A stretch of 64,000 nt of DNA, from contig CACGZD010000001.1 in assembly GCA_902577425.1 (NCBI GenBank), positions 510,414 to 574,413 on the forward strand. Direction: 5' to 3'. Shown one piece after another: positions 51,646-60,856 of this stretch. A program made the translations under genes and the position numbers. The stretch comes from an uncultured Alphaproteobacteria bacterium (GTDB taxonomy: Bacteria > Pseudomonadota > Alphaproteobacteria > HIMB59 > GCA-002718135). The notes beneath the pieces were generated by a model that ran no database searches, had not been told where the DNA came from, and was given only the letters and a program-made list of their open reading frames with translations. Numbering within the stretch: the first letter of the stretch is position 1; the number at the start of each line of letters is the position of its first letter.

Positions 51646-52170
51646 ATGAATTTTGACAATTATGATTTTTTAGATACCTCTAAATTTGCTGGAAAAATTA
51701 TTCTTACATCTTTCCCTGGTTTAATCGAAAATACGCGTTTTGATATTTCATTTTTTTTAAAAGAGTTAAAAATATTTAAGGATAATAATTGTTCTTCAAT
51801 TACATCTTTTGTAGAAGATAGTGAGTTTGAAAAAATCTGTGATAAAAAAAACTTCGTTGAACAAATCTATCATAATAAGTTAAAGTGGTACCATCTACCT
51901 ATTAAAGATTTAGGTGCTCCTAATACTGAATTTAAATTTAAGTGGGAAACAACAAAAGTTTTATTAAAAAATGAATTGATCGAAGGCAAAAATATAGTTT
52001 TGCATTGTCGTGGAGGAAAAGGACGGGCAGGAACAGTTGCCGCATTATTATTAATTGATTTTGGAGTTAAAAAAGAAGAGGCTATTCAGCTCGTACGATC
52101 AAGAAGAAAAGGTGCTATTGAAACAAAAGAACAAGAAGAATTTATTTTTTCTTATAGACCTGTAGCTTAG
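51646..52170 (+). CDS. CX5R cysteine phosphatase (CDKN3/dual-specificity-like)
   Basis: HLPIKD acid loop, HCRGGKGRAG P-loop, GAIETKEQ. Confidence 0.88.
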   Translation: MNFDNYDFLDTSKFAGKIILTSFPGLIENTRFDISFFLKELKIFKDNNCSSITSFVEDSEFEKICDKKNFVEQIYHNKLKWYHLPIKDLGAPNTEFKFKWETTKVLLKNELIEGKNIVLHCRGGKGRAGTVAALLLIDFGVKKEEAIQLVRSRRKGAIETKEQEEFIFSYRPVA

Positions 52171-53219
52171 TAATTTACGGTTAAATTAAAAATATTTTGT
52201 AACACAAATAAAATTATAAAAGATATTAATGCTGCAAGGATTGGCAACAAAACCCAACCTATAGAAATTTTCCTTGCAATTGTCCATTGAACCTCTTTTC
52301 CACCTTTTAATAATCCTATACCAATTACACCACCCACGACTGCTTGAGAGCTTGATACTGGAACAAGAGGAATTGAGGGTAAATTAATTGACTGAAGAAA
52401 ATTACTAATACCTTGAGAAGCAAATAAAAATAAAACGATAGAATGAGCTAGTACAACGATAAAAGCGGCTACAGGGGACATTTTTAATAAATCATTTCCA
52501 ACAGTAAACATTACTTTTTTAGAATAAGTAAAAACACCAACTGCTATAGCAATACCACCTAATAGAAAAAGTTGCTCTTTGGACGAGAAATTAAAATCAT
52601 TTAAAATATTAATATCAGTAAAAGGTGAGATAGGGACAAAAACCCCCATTACATTAGCAATGTTATTAGCTCCTAGACTGTACGCTCCAAAAGCACCAGC
52701 TAATAAAAGAGCCGTTCTCGTATATGCGTCTAATCGCAGAATATGTAATTTTGCTTTTTGTAGAAAATTTTTTGTTATTACAAAAAAAAGCATTGAAAGC
52801 AAACCAGCAATAATAGGACATAAAACCCAAGTACCTAAAATTGTAATTAAAACTTGAATATTGGTTGAAGATCCAGTGTACAAGTTCCATCCTATAATAG
52901 CGCCAACAATTGCCTGCGTTGTTGAAACAGGAAGACCAGATTTTGTCATTATATATACTGAGAGCCCAGCAGCAATACATGCAGCAAAAGCTCCAGGCAA
53001 TGCATTGATTGATCCGAGCTTACCCAGTGTTTCGGTTGTTCCAGATCCACTAATAATAGCTCCTAGAATAACAAAGATACTACAAACAATTGCAGCAGTT
53101 TTAAATTGTACCATGCGCGTGCCAACCGCAGTTCCAAAAACATTAGCTGCATCATTGGCTCCTAAAGACCATCCTAGAAATAATCCTCCTAAGAGAAAAA
53201 TAATAATTGTTAATTCCAT
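52167..53219 (-). CDS. PiT family inorganic phosphate transporter
   Basis: GANDAANVFG and GANNIAN signatures, PVSTTQ, PVSSSQ. Confidence 0.92.
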   Translation of the reverse strand: MELTIIIFLLGGLFLGWSLGANDAANVFGTAVGTRMVQFKTAAIVCSIFVILGAIISGSGTTETLGKLGSINALPGAFAACIAAGLSVYIMTKSGLPVSTTQAIVGAIIGWNLYTGSSTNIQVLITILGTWVLCPIIAGLLSMLFFVITKNFLQKAKLHILRLDAYTRTALLLAGAFGAYSLGANNIANVMGVFVPISPFTDINILNDFNFSSKEQLFLLGGIAIAVGVFTYSKKVMFTVGNDLLKMSPVAAFIVVLAHSIVLFLFASQGISNFLQSINLPSIPLVPVSSSQAVVGGVIGIGLLKGGKEVQWTIARKISIGWVLLPILAALISFIILFVLQNIFNLTVNY

Positions 53220-53226
53220 AAATTAA

Positions 53227-53889
53227 TTAAACTGATCTTTTGATAGCGTAGATCTGAATTTCATCTGAAATATCTTCTGCTTGATCACAAATACGATCAA
53301 TTTTTTCAACAAAATAACGTAGATGCATTTTTTGATCCAAAGAAAGATTAGAATCAAAAATTTTTCTCGCCAAAGAACTAAATTTTATATCAGATTCTTT
53401 TTCATAAAATGTTACTTTGTGTGCATTGTCTCTAACAGATTTAATATCTCTAAAAAACGATCTTACTGTTAAACATAGTGCCTCTACACAATTTACTACA
53501 GTCTCTGTTAAATCAATTAAATCGTCATGAAACTCTTTTGGAAAATTTGGTTTTTGAATAGAGAAATGATAACAATTACCTTGATACATTCCAATAACTT
53601 CATCAAGATGTTCAAGAACTCTTAATACATCACTTCGAGCATCGGGAATTAATGTTTCTTCATATAAGGTGTGCTCCACTTCTTTGGTTATTTTATCAGC
53701 CTTACTTTCCATTAATTTAACTTGTTCGACCATTTCATCAAATTTGCCATTGGCAGAACTAGATAAATATGTTGGAATAATAGACTTAAATACCAAGCCT
53801 ACTTCAGAGAGAATATCAACAAATTCGTCTATTTCTCTCTCTAATTTTTTGGTTTCACCAAATAAAGATGTACTTTTTAATCCAAACAT
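53227..53889 (-). CDS. DUF47 (PhoU-like) PiT accessory protein
   Basis: ESKADKI, YEKESD, DQAEDISD; directly upstream of PiT. Confidence 0.9.
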   Translation of the reverse strand: MFGLKSTSLFGETKKLEREIDEFVDILSEVGLVFKSIIPTYLSSSANGKFDEMVEQVKLMESKADKITKEVEHTLYEETLIPDARSDVLRVLEHLDEVIGMYQGNCYHFSIQKPNFPKEFHDDLIDLTETVVNCVEALCLTVRSFFRDIKSVRDNAHKVTFYEKESDIKFSSLARKIFDSNLSLDQKMHLRYFVEKIDRICDQAEDISDEIQIYAIKRSV

Positions 53890-53928
53890 TTGGTGCTTAT
53901 AGAACTTTTATTAAAAAAATAAAGCTAT

Positions 53929-53946
53929 GTTACATTTTTGTTACAA
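53929..53946 (-). promoter_or_regulatory. Pho box upstream of DUF47-PiT
   Basis: Minus strand TTGTAAC-AAAA-ATGTAAC, 11-bp periodic direct repeat. Confidence 0.7.
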
Positions 53947-54019
53947 ACTCGTAGTTTTTCAAATTGTTGCAATATATAAATTATACTAATCTTCATATTA
54001 ATATTTTAAAGGAGCAAGA

Positions 54020-54247
54020 ATGAATTATGTATCGATGAACCAATTAAAATGGCTAAGTACTGGATTAGTATTAGCAGGAATTTTATTAACTAATTTAAAT
54101 TATTATCCATTAAATATTTTTACTCATGGTCTTGGCGCCATAGGATGGGCTATTGCTGGTTATATTGCCAAAGATAGAGCTTTAATGACAAATTTTGGAT
54201 TTCAAATTCCTCTATTTGCGATTGGATATTTTTACTATTTTACTTAA
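54020..54247 (+). CDS. Small membrane protein (DUF6552-like)
   Basis: GGAG RBS; KWLSTGLVL, YPLNIF, KDRALM; two to three TM segments. Confidence 0.7.
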   Translation: MNYVSMNQLKWLSTGLVLAGILLTNLNYYPLNIFTHGLGAIGWAIAGYIAKDRALMTNFGFQIPLFAIGYFYYFT

Positions 54248-54250
54248 TAG

Positions 54251-54673
54251 ATGAAAAAAGTTTTATTTATGTGTGTTGCTAATTCAGCTAGAAGCCAAAT
54301 GGCCGAAGGTATAGCAAAAAGCATTTATCTCGATTTTAAAATTGAAAGTGCTGGTTCAAAACCAACAAAATTAAATCCTATTGCAGTTAAAGTTATGAAT
54401 GAAATTGGAATTGATATAAGTAACAATTTTTCTAAAGATATTAATAGTTTAAATAAAAAATTTATTGATGAATTAGATTATGTAATAACTTTGTGCAAAG
54501 AAGAAGTTTGTCCAATTATTATAACGAATGCTAAAAAAATTCACCTACCTTTTCTTGATCCTGCTATAGATAATTTACCTGAAAAAGAGTTGATTAAAAA
54601 TTTTAGAGATATACGTAATCAAATAAAGAAAAAAATTATTGAATTAAAAACTATATTTGAAGTATCTTTTTAG
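54251..54673 (+). CDS. arsC: Arsenate reductase, LMW-PTP/thioredoxin type
   Basis: CVANSARSQMAEG, SAGS, TLC..VCP, DPA. Confidence 0.88.
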   Translation: MKKVLFMCVANSARSQMAEGIAKSIYLDFKIESAGSKPTKLNPIAVKVMNEIGIDISNNFSKDINSLNKKFIDELDYVITLCKEEVCPIIITNAKKIHLPFLDPAIDNLPEKELIKNFRDIRNQIKKKIIELKTIFEVSF

Positions 54674-54736
54674 TCTTTATTAATTTTTTAATAAGAGAGG
54701 TTTTTTTAGGAAATAATAAATTAATTATTCATCATT

Positions 54737-55393
54737 CTATTTAATTAATATTTTTCCTAAATAAGTTGCTATGATTGAGCCAATTATCTGAGCTAATATA
54801 AATAACAATATGCTACCTGGATCTATACCAGTAAAAGTATTGGTAAACATTCTGCCTATAGTAACAGCTGGATTAGCAAAACTAGTAGATGAAGTAAACC
54901 AATAACCTGCAGTAATAAAAAGAGCAACGGCTATAGGTAAGTTTTGTTTATTTTGTTTACCAACTAATATAATAGTTAAAATTAAACCAAAAGTAGCAAC
55001 TATCTCTGAAAAAAAAGTATAAATCCCAAATCTGTTATTTGTTGATAATTCATATATTGGATATTCAAAATACCAATTTGCAGTGAAGCATCCTAATATA
55101 GCACCTATAATATGAGTCAAAATGAATAATAAAACTATTTTTAATTCTATTTTTTTTTGAATAAGATCGCTGAGTAGAACTACAGGATTAAAATATGCAC
55201 CTGAAATATTTATAAACATTGATATTAATACATATAATATAGCACCTGTAGCCAAAGCATTTGCTAATAAAGTTATTGCTAAATTTCCATTTGATAAGTT
55301 TTGACCCATAATTCCACTTCCCACAATGGTTAAAACAAGAAAATAAGAGCCAATAAATTCAGATATCAATTTTTGAAATAAAGATTTTTGCAT
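54737..55393 (-). CDS. MIP channel, AqpS-like
   Basis: SEFIGS, SGAYFNPVV, WFTSSTSFANPAVT. Confidence 0.85.
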   Translation of the reverse strand: MQKSLFQKLISEFIGSYFLVLTIVGSGIMGQNLSNGNLAITLLANALATGAILYVLISMFINISGAYFNPVVLLSDLIQKKIELKIVLLFILTHIIGAILGCFTANWYFEYPIYELSTNNRFGIYTFFSEIVATFGLILTIILVGKQNKQNLPIAVALFITAGYWFTSSTSFANPAVTIGRMFTNTFTGIDPGSILLFILAQIIGSIIATYLGKILIK

Positions 55394-55447
55394 TAGAATA
55401 AGATTTTTGTAATGCTAATATATTTTTTTTATTAAATTTTTATTTCA

Positions 55448-55465
55448 ATGTAAAAAAAATGTAAT
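55448..55465 (+). promoter_or_regulatory. Pho box upstream of SET-phoR
   Basis: ATGTAAA-AAAA-ATGTAAT; TGTAA repeated at 11 bp like the other boxes. Confidence 0.55.
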
Positions 55466-55526
55466 ATTAGGGTTATGGCTATTAAAATCCTTGATAAAGG
55501 TATAAATATAATTAAAAAAAACTCTT

Positions 55527-56024
55527 ATGAAAAAATTATGGTTCAAAAAAAAATCTTCTCTTCATGGATCGGGACTATTCGCTCTAAGTAATGTTAAAAA
55601 GGGTGAACAAGTAATTGAATATATAGGTGATAAAGTAACTAAAAAAGAAGGTGATAAAAGAGCCGATAAACAAATAAAAAAAGCTGAAAAAAATAAAAAA
55701 AATGGAATGGTCTATGTTTTTGAACTCAATAAAAAATATGACATTGATGGGGGGGTAGCTCGAAATTATGCACGTTTTATCAATCACTCCTGTGATCCAA
55801 ATTGTGAAGTAGAAATAACCAATAATCATATTTGGATATCATCGATTAAAAAAATTAAAAAAGGAGCAGAATTAACATATAATTACGGCTATCCCTTTGA
55901 TAGTGATTTTGAAGATCATATTTGTAAATGTGGATCTAAAAAATGTGTAGGGTATATTTTAAGTGACGATGATTGGCCCAAGCTAAAAAAATATGAAAAA
56001 AAACATAAAAAGGGCTCTAGATAA
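55527..56024 (+). CDS. SET-domain protein-lysine methyltransferase with post-SET
   Basis: HGSGLFA, EYIG, RFINHSCDPNC, ELTYNY, CKCGSKKC. Confidence 0.93.
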   Translation: MKKLWFKKKSSLHGSGLFALSNVKKGEQVIEYIGDKVTKKEGDKRADKQIKKAEKNKKNGMVYVFELNKKYDIDGGVARNYARFINHSCDPNCEVEITNNHIWISSIKKIKKGAELTYNYGYPFDSDFEDHICKCGSKKCVGYILSDDDWPKLKKYEKKHKKGSR

Positions 56025-57030
56025 AGTACCCCTTATAACTATAGCTATCAGTGTTGATAGAAATATAACTTATTATAATAACTTTGCTAAGCAAAAATTT
56101 CTTTTTATTGAAGAAGGAAGAGATATTAATGCTGTTGTTAGATCAATGGAATTAAACAGTTTTATTGATAGGGCTTTTAGAGAAAAAAAAGATTTTAAAG
56201 TAGAGTTCCAACCTTCTAATTATGAAGATTGGTATTTTATCGCCGACCTTGTTTTTTTTTCTGAAAGCGAAGGTTCAGATAAAGAGCTCATTGTTATTCT
56301 AACTGATCAAACAATGCTTTATAACTATGAAAAAATGCGAACTGATTTTGTTGCTAATGTCAGTCATGAATTGCGCACACCTCTCTCATCAATAGTTGGT
56401 TATATTGAAACTATTAAAAATGATATTAATCTAGATAAAATAACCACAAACAAATTTTTAGATATTATGGAGGATCAAGCTTGGCGTATGACAAGATTAG
56501 TCGAAGATTTATTGTTGTTAAGCAAATATGAGGCAGGAGATAAGCCTCTAGAATTAAAAGAAACAGAGATTGTAAACATTCTTCAAAAAGCAATAGATAA
56601 TTTAAATAAAAAAATTGAAGATAAAAAATTAAAAGTAAATTTAAATGATCATTTTACTAAAAAATTGATTTCTCTTAACAGTGATTCTATCATTCAAGTA
56701 TTTATAAATATTATAGATAACGCAATTAAGTATTCAGATGAGGGAAGTGAGATAAACATCGTTCTAAAACAGGCTATCCTAGATGATAATACTTATGTTC
56801 AAGTTCAAATTAAAGATCAAGGCGAGGGAATCTCCAATGAACATCTTAATCGCTTAACAGAAAGATTTTATAGAATTGATAAAAACCGATCTAGGGACTT
56901 AGGTGGTACAGGACTAGGTTTATCTATCGTAAAACATATTATAAACCGCCATAATGGCAAGTTTACAATTGAGAGTGAGATTAATCAGGGAAGTACTTTT
57001 ACCGTTTATTTACCTTTTGAATTTAATTAA
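55993..57030 (+). CDS. phoR: Phosphate regulon sensor kinase lacking N-terminal TM helices
   Basis: PAS-like start, DFVANVSHELRTPL H-box, NAIKYS, DQGEG, RFYR, GGTGLGL. Confidence 0.9.
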   Translation: MKKNIKRALDKVPLITIAISVDRNITYYNNFAKQKFLFIEEGRDINAVVRSMELNSFIDRAFREKKDFKVEFQPSNYEDWYFIADLVFFSESEGSDKELIVILTDQTMLYNYEKMRTDFVANVSHELRTPLSSIVGYIETIKNDINLDKITTNKFLDIMEDQAWRMTRLVEDLLLLSKYEAGDKPLELKETEIVNILQKAIDNLNKKIEDKKLKVNLNDHFTKKLISLNSDSIIQVFINIIDNAIKYSDEGSEINIVLKQAILDDNTYVQVQIKDQGEGISNEHLNRLTERFYRIDKNRSRDLGGTGLGLSIVKHIINRHNGKFTIESEINQGSTFTVYLPFEFN

Positions 57031-57042
57031 TAAAAAACAAAT

Positions 57043-57060
57043 CTTTAATATTTCTGTAAT
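57043..57060 (+). promoter_or_regulatory. Pho box upstream of pstS
   Basis: CTTTAAT-ATTT-CTGTAAT. Confidence 0.65.
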
Positions 57061-57105
57061 ATTATAGATCTATTTCTACCTTAAATTTATTTAAAGAGGT
57101 TTAAA

Positions 57106-58101
57106 ATGAAAAAATTTGTTCTTAGTTTAATTATTGTAACTTTTGCAATTACAAGCTCAGTTTCTGCAAGAGATTATATATCTATCGTTGGATCTTCTAC
57201 TGTTTATCCATTTGCAACACTAGTTGCTGAAAAAATGGCTTCTGAAGGAATGAAAGCACCAGTTATTGAAAGCACAGGTTCTGGGGGAGGACATAAATTA
57301 TTTTGTGCTGGTGTTGGAGTTGAACATCCTGATATTACAAATTCATCAAGAGCACAAAAAGATAAAGAGTTTAAATTATGCCAAGATGGCGGTGTAATGG
57401 ATATCGTAGAAGTACGTGTTGGTAATGACGGTATTGCATTTGCTTACTCTTCTGATTATGAGTGGAAGTACACAAATGGTGCAGCTATGAAAGGTGGAAT
57501 AGATCTTTCAAAGGAAGAAATTTGGCAAGCTATGGCCAGAGACAATAAAGATGCACCAAGCACTTGGTTTGAAATTGATAAGCGATTACCAAAAGTAGAA
57601 ATTTCTATTATGGCACCCCCTCCTTCTTCTGGAACAAGAGATGCGTTTGATTCACTCGTAATGAAAAAAGGTTGTGTCAAAGATATGCTGGTTGCTGATG
57701 GCGACTGTAAAGCTTACCGTGAAGATGGCCATGTTATTGAGGGTGGTGAAAATGATGAACTTTATGTTGAACACATTACAAAAGAGCAAGGTGCATTCGG
57801 TATTTTCGGATATAGTTTCTTAGCAAATAATGAAGATAAAATTTCTGCTTCTAAAATTAATGGGGTAGAAATCTCTCAAGAAGGTATTCAAGATTATTCA
57901 TATCCTATTGCAAGACCTTTATTCTTTTATATCAAAAAAGCGCATGTAGGTGTAATCCCTGGGTTAATGGATTATGTTAATGAGTTTGTAAGTGAGGAAG
58001 CAACAGAAGGTTATTTATTGGATGCGGGGTTGGTCGAGTTAAGTCCAGCTGATAGAAGCAAAGTTCTTGATGACATTGCTAATTTGACAAATTACAAATA
58101 A
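57106..58101 (+). CDS. pstS: Phosphate ABC substrate-binding protein
   Basis: Signal peptide, GSSTVYPF, ESTGSGGG, PPSSGTRDAF, YPIARPLFFY. Confidence 0.95.
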   Translation: MKKFVLSLIIVTFAITSSVSARDYISIVGSSTVYPFATLVAEKMASEGMKAPVIESTGSGGGHKLFCAGVGVEHPDITNSSRAQKDKEFKLCQDGGVMDIVEVRVGNDGIAFAYSSDYEWKYTNGAAMKGGIDLSKEEIWQAMARDNKDAPSTWFEIDKRLPKVEISIMAPPPSSGTRDAFDSLVMKKGCVKDMLVADGDCKAYREDGHVIEGGENDELYVEHITKEQGAFGIFGYSFLANNEDKISASKINGVEISQEGIQDYSYPIARPLFFYIKKAHVGVIPGLMDYVNEFVSEEATEGYLLDAGLVELSPADRSKVLDDIANLTNYK

Positions 58102-58117
58102 CCTTAATCTAATTGAA

Positions 58118-58147
58118 TAAAAAGAGGGGATTTCCCCCTCTTTTTTT
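58118..58147 (+). terminator. Intrinsic terminator after pstS
   Basis: A-run, GAGGGG-ATTTC-CCCCTC, T7. Confidence 0.85.
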
Positions 58148-58150
58148 ATT

Positions 58151-58179
58151 GACTCATATCATTGTAATATAACTGTAAC
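58151..58179 (+). promoter_or_regulatory. Pho box(es) upstream of pstC
   Basis: GACTCAT-ATCA-TTGTAAT-ATAA-CTGTAAC, 11-bp periodicity. Confidence 0.8.
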
Positions 58180-58208
58180 AAAAGTTTAGTATTCTTTCTA
58201 AATATCTA

Positions 58209-59582
58209 ATGTTTTATTGGTCTCTAATTATTATAGTTCTTGGTATTTATTCCGCATATATTTTTGGAAAATCACGAATTAAATCAAACGCTAAGCAGTT
58301 AGATATCAAAACAGTTTCTCTTCCTACATATTATGCGCAATACATGATGGTCTGGTGTTTGCTACCTGCTCTTATTGTTTATTTTGGGTGGATCATTTTT
58401 GAAAATCAAATAATTCAAAATCTTGTCCTTGCAAACTTTGATTTTGAATTAAACCCCACTCTTAATCCTGGGCTATTAATTGCAGAGATAAAAAATGTTG
58501 CTTCAAACATTTCTTTTGCTGAGGGAAAAGCAATAGAAATATTAAATGCTGCGGAACATTACTCTTCACTTAAATTTACAAGTACAGTTGCTTTTTATTT
58601 AAGTGTTTTAATTTTTATGATTTTAGGAGTTATGATTGCCTCTAGAAAATTGCAACCCACTTTTCGTGCACAGAAATCAATTGAAAATTATATAAAATAT
58701 TTTCTATTTTTTTGTTCTACAGTAGCAGTTTTAACAACTGTTGGAATTGTCTTCTCATTATTGTTTGAAAGTTTACGTTTTTTTTCTGAAGTATCTATTT
58801 TTGAATTCTTATTTGGAACTAAGTGGTATCCTTATATTCCTATACGAGAAGGTCAGTCAGGATCCCAAGGATCATTTGGAGCTATTCCAATATTTGCTGG
58901 AACATTTTTGATTATGATTGTTGCAATGAGTGTTGCTACACCTATTGGATTATTTACAGCAATTTATTTATCTGAATATGCTTCACCAAAAATAAGAAGT
59001 ATAGTGAAGCCTCTTTTAGAAATTTTAGCTGGCGTCCCTACTATAGTTTATGGTTTCTTTGCTTTTGTTACTGTTGCCCCATTTGTCAAAACATTCGGCC
59101 AGTCCTTGGGAATAGATGCTTCGCCTACAAGTGCTCTTGCCGCAGGCTTGGTGATGGGCATTATGATTATACCTTTTATATCTTCGTTATCAGATGATGT
59201 AATAAATTCTGTCCCTCAAAGTTTGAGAGAAGGGTCTTTAGGTGTTGGCGCTAATAAAGCAGAAACAATTAAAAAGGTCATTCTACCAGCTGCCCTTCCT
59301 GGTATTGTGGGTGCCTTTTTACTAGGTGTTTCAAGGGCTATTGGAGAAACTATGATTGTCGTTGTGGCTGCAGGTACTGCGCCCAATTTAACTGCAAATC
59401 CTTTTGAAAATGTTACCACTGTTACAGTACAAATTGTTATTGCTTTAATTGGTGATCAAGAATTTGATGACCCACGAACCTTATCAGCTTTTGCATTAGG
59501 ATTAGTTTTATTTGTTATTACATTAATTCTTAATATTTTTGCTTTAAGAATTGTTAAAAAATATAGAGAACGATATGAGTAA
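58209..59582 (+). CDS. pstC: Phosphate ABC permease
   Basis: EILAGVPTIVYG, SRAIGETM, N-terminal alpha-type extension. Confidence 0.95.
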   Translation: MFYWSLIIIVLGIYSAYIFGKSRIKSNAKQLDIKTVSLPTYYAQYMMVWCLLPALIVYFGWIIFENQIIQNLVLANFDFELNPTLNPGLLIAEIKNVASNISFAEGKAIEILNAAEHYSSLKFTSTVAFYLSVLIFMILGVMIASRKLQPTFRAQKSIENYIKYFLFFCSTVAVLTTVGIVFSLLFESLRFFSEVSIFEFLFGTKWYPYIPIREGQSGSQGSFGAIPIFAGTFLIMIVAMSVATPIGLFTAIYLSEYASPKIRSIVKPLLEILAGVPTIVYGFFAFVTVAPFVKTFGQSLGIDASPTSALAAGLVMGIMIIPFISSLSDDVINSVPQSLREGSLGVGANKAETIKKVILPAALPGIVGAFLLGVSRAIGETMIVVVAAGTAPNLTANPFENVTTVTVQIVIALIGDQEFDDPRTLSAFALGLVLFVITLILNIFALRIVKKYRERYE

Positions 59583-60855
59583 TCAATATTCACACGAAAA
59601 AATTATTCAATTAAGAAAAAAAAGAAGTGCAGCTGATCGCCGATTCAAAACTTATGGCTTAATTGCTACCTTAATGGGAATGGCGATTTTATTTTTTTTA
59701 TTATTTACTATTTTCTCTAAAGGATATTCTTCCTTTCAAAAATCTGTAATTGAATTAGAGGTGTCGTATGATCAAGAAACTTTAAAAATTACTTCTGACT
59801 CAACCTATGAAGAACAAGTAAAAGCAAAATTTTTTAGAGTGAAAAAAAATGCCATTGCCAAAGCACTACCTGACTTAAGTAAAAAAGATATTAAGTTGAT
59901 AAAAAAGATGTTTTCAATAAATGTTGATAAAGAAATTAAGGAGTATTTTTTAAATAATCCAAATATTTTAAATACTACTCAGAAGATTTTTGTTACTGCT
60001 CATAGTGATGTTGATCAACTGTTAAAAGGAAATGCTAGACGTAATATTGAAGAGAAAAAAAGAAAATTAAATGATAGGCAATTAGAATTTTTTGATGAAT
60101 TTGTTTCAAGCGGCAGATTAAAAACTAAATTTAATAATTTCTTTTTTAAGAATGCTGATTCAAGACATCCTGAATTGGCTGGTATAGCTGGATCTTTTGT
60201 AGGATCATTATTTACTTTGATGACTGTTTTTTTATTAGCGTTTCCAATTGGTATTGGCGCATCAATATATTTAGAAGAATTTGCACCAAAAAATAAGTTT
60301 ACAGAGTTAATTGAAGTTAATATTGCCAACTTAGCAGCTGTTCCTTCTATAGTATTTGGTTTGTTAGGACTGGGTATTTTGTTAAATGTTTTTGGATTTC
60401 CAAGAAGTACACCTTTGGTTGGAGGAACTGTTTTAGCACTAATGACGCTACCCACGATAATTATAGCTTGTCGTGCCTCTCTTAAAGCCGTCCCACCATC
60501 TATAAAAGAAGGTGCTTTAGCGATGGGGGCATCAAAAATGCAAGCGGTATTTCATCATCAGGTACCATTAGCATTACCAGGCACTTTAACTGGTACTATT
60601 ATTGGTTTAGCGCAAGCTTTAGGGGAAACAGCTCCTTTGATTATGATAGGAATGATTGCTTTTATCCCAAATATTCCAACCGGTTTCACAGAGCCATCTG
60701 CAGCTTTACCTGTACAAATCTATCTTTGGGTAGAAAGTTCAGAGAGAGGGTTTCAAGAAAAAACTGCTGCAGCAATAATGATGATATTAATATTTTTATT
60801 TTTAATGAATGCTTTAGCAGTATTCTTAAGAAGTAAGTTTGAGAGAAAATGGTAA
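59575..60855 (+). CDS. pstA: Phosphate ABC permease
   Basis: [18 protein letters not shown]; start at MSNQ overlapping pstC stop. Confidence 0.95.
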   Translation: MSNQYSHEKIIQLRKKRSAADRRFKTYGLIATLMGMAILFFLLFTIFSKGYSSFQKSVIELEVSYDQETLKITSDSTYEEQVKAKFFRVKKNAIAKALPDLSKKDIKLIKKMFSINVDKEIKEYFLNNPNILNTTQKIFVTAHSDVDQLLKGNARRNIEEKKRKLNDRQLEFFDEFVSSGRLKTKFNNFFFKNADSRHPELAGIAGSFVGSLFTLMTVFLLAFPIGIGASIYLEEFAPKNKFTELIEVNIANLAAVPSIVFGLLGLGILLNVFGFPRSTPLVGGTVLALMTLPTIIIACRASLKAVPPSIKEGALAMGASKMQAVFHHQVPLALPGTLTGTIIGLAQALGETAPLIMIGMIAFIPNIPTGFTEPSAALPVQIYLWVESSERGFQEKTAAAIMMILIFLFLMNALAVFLRSKFERKW

Positions 60856-60856
60856 T

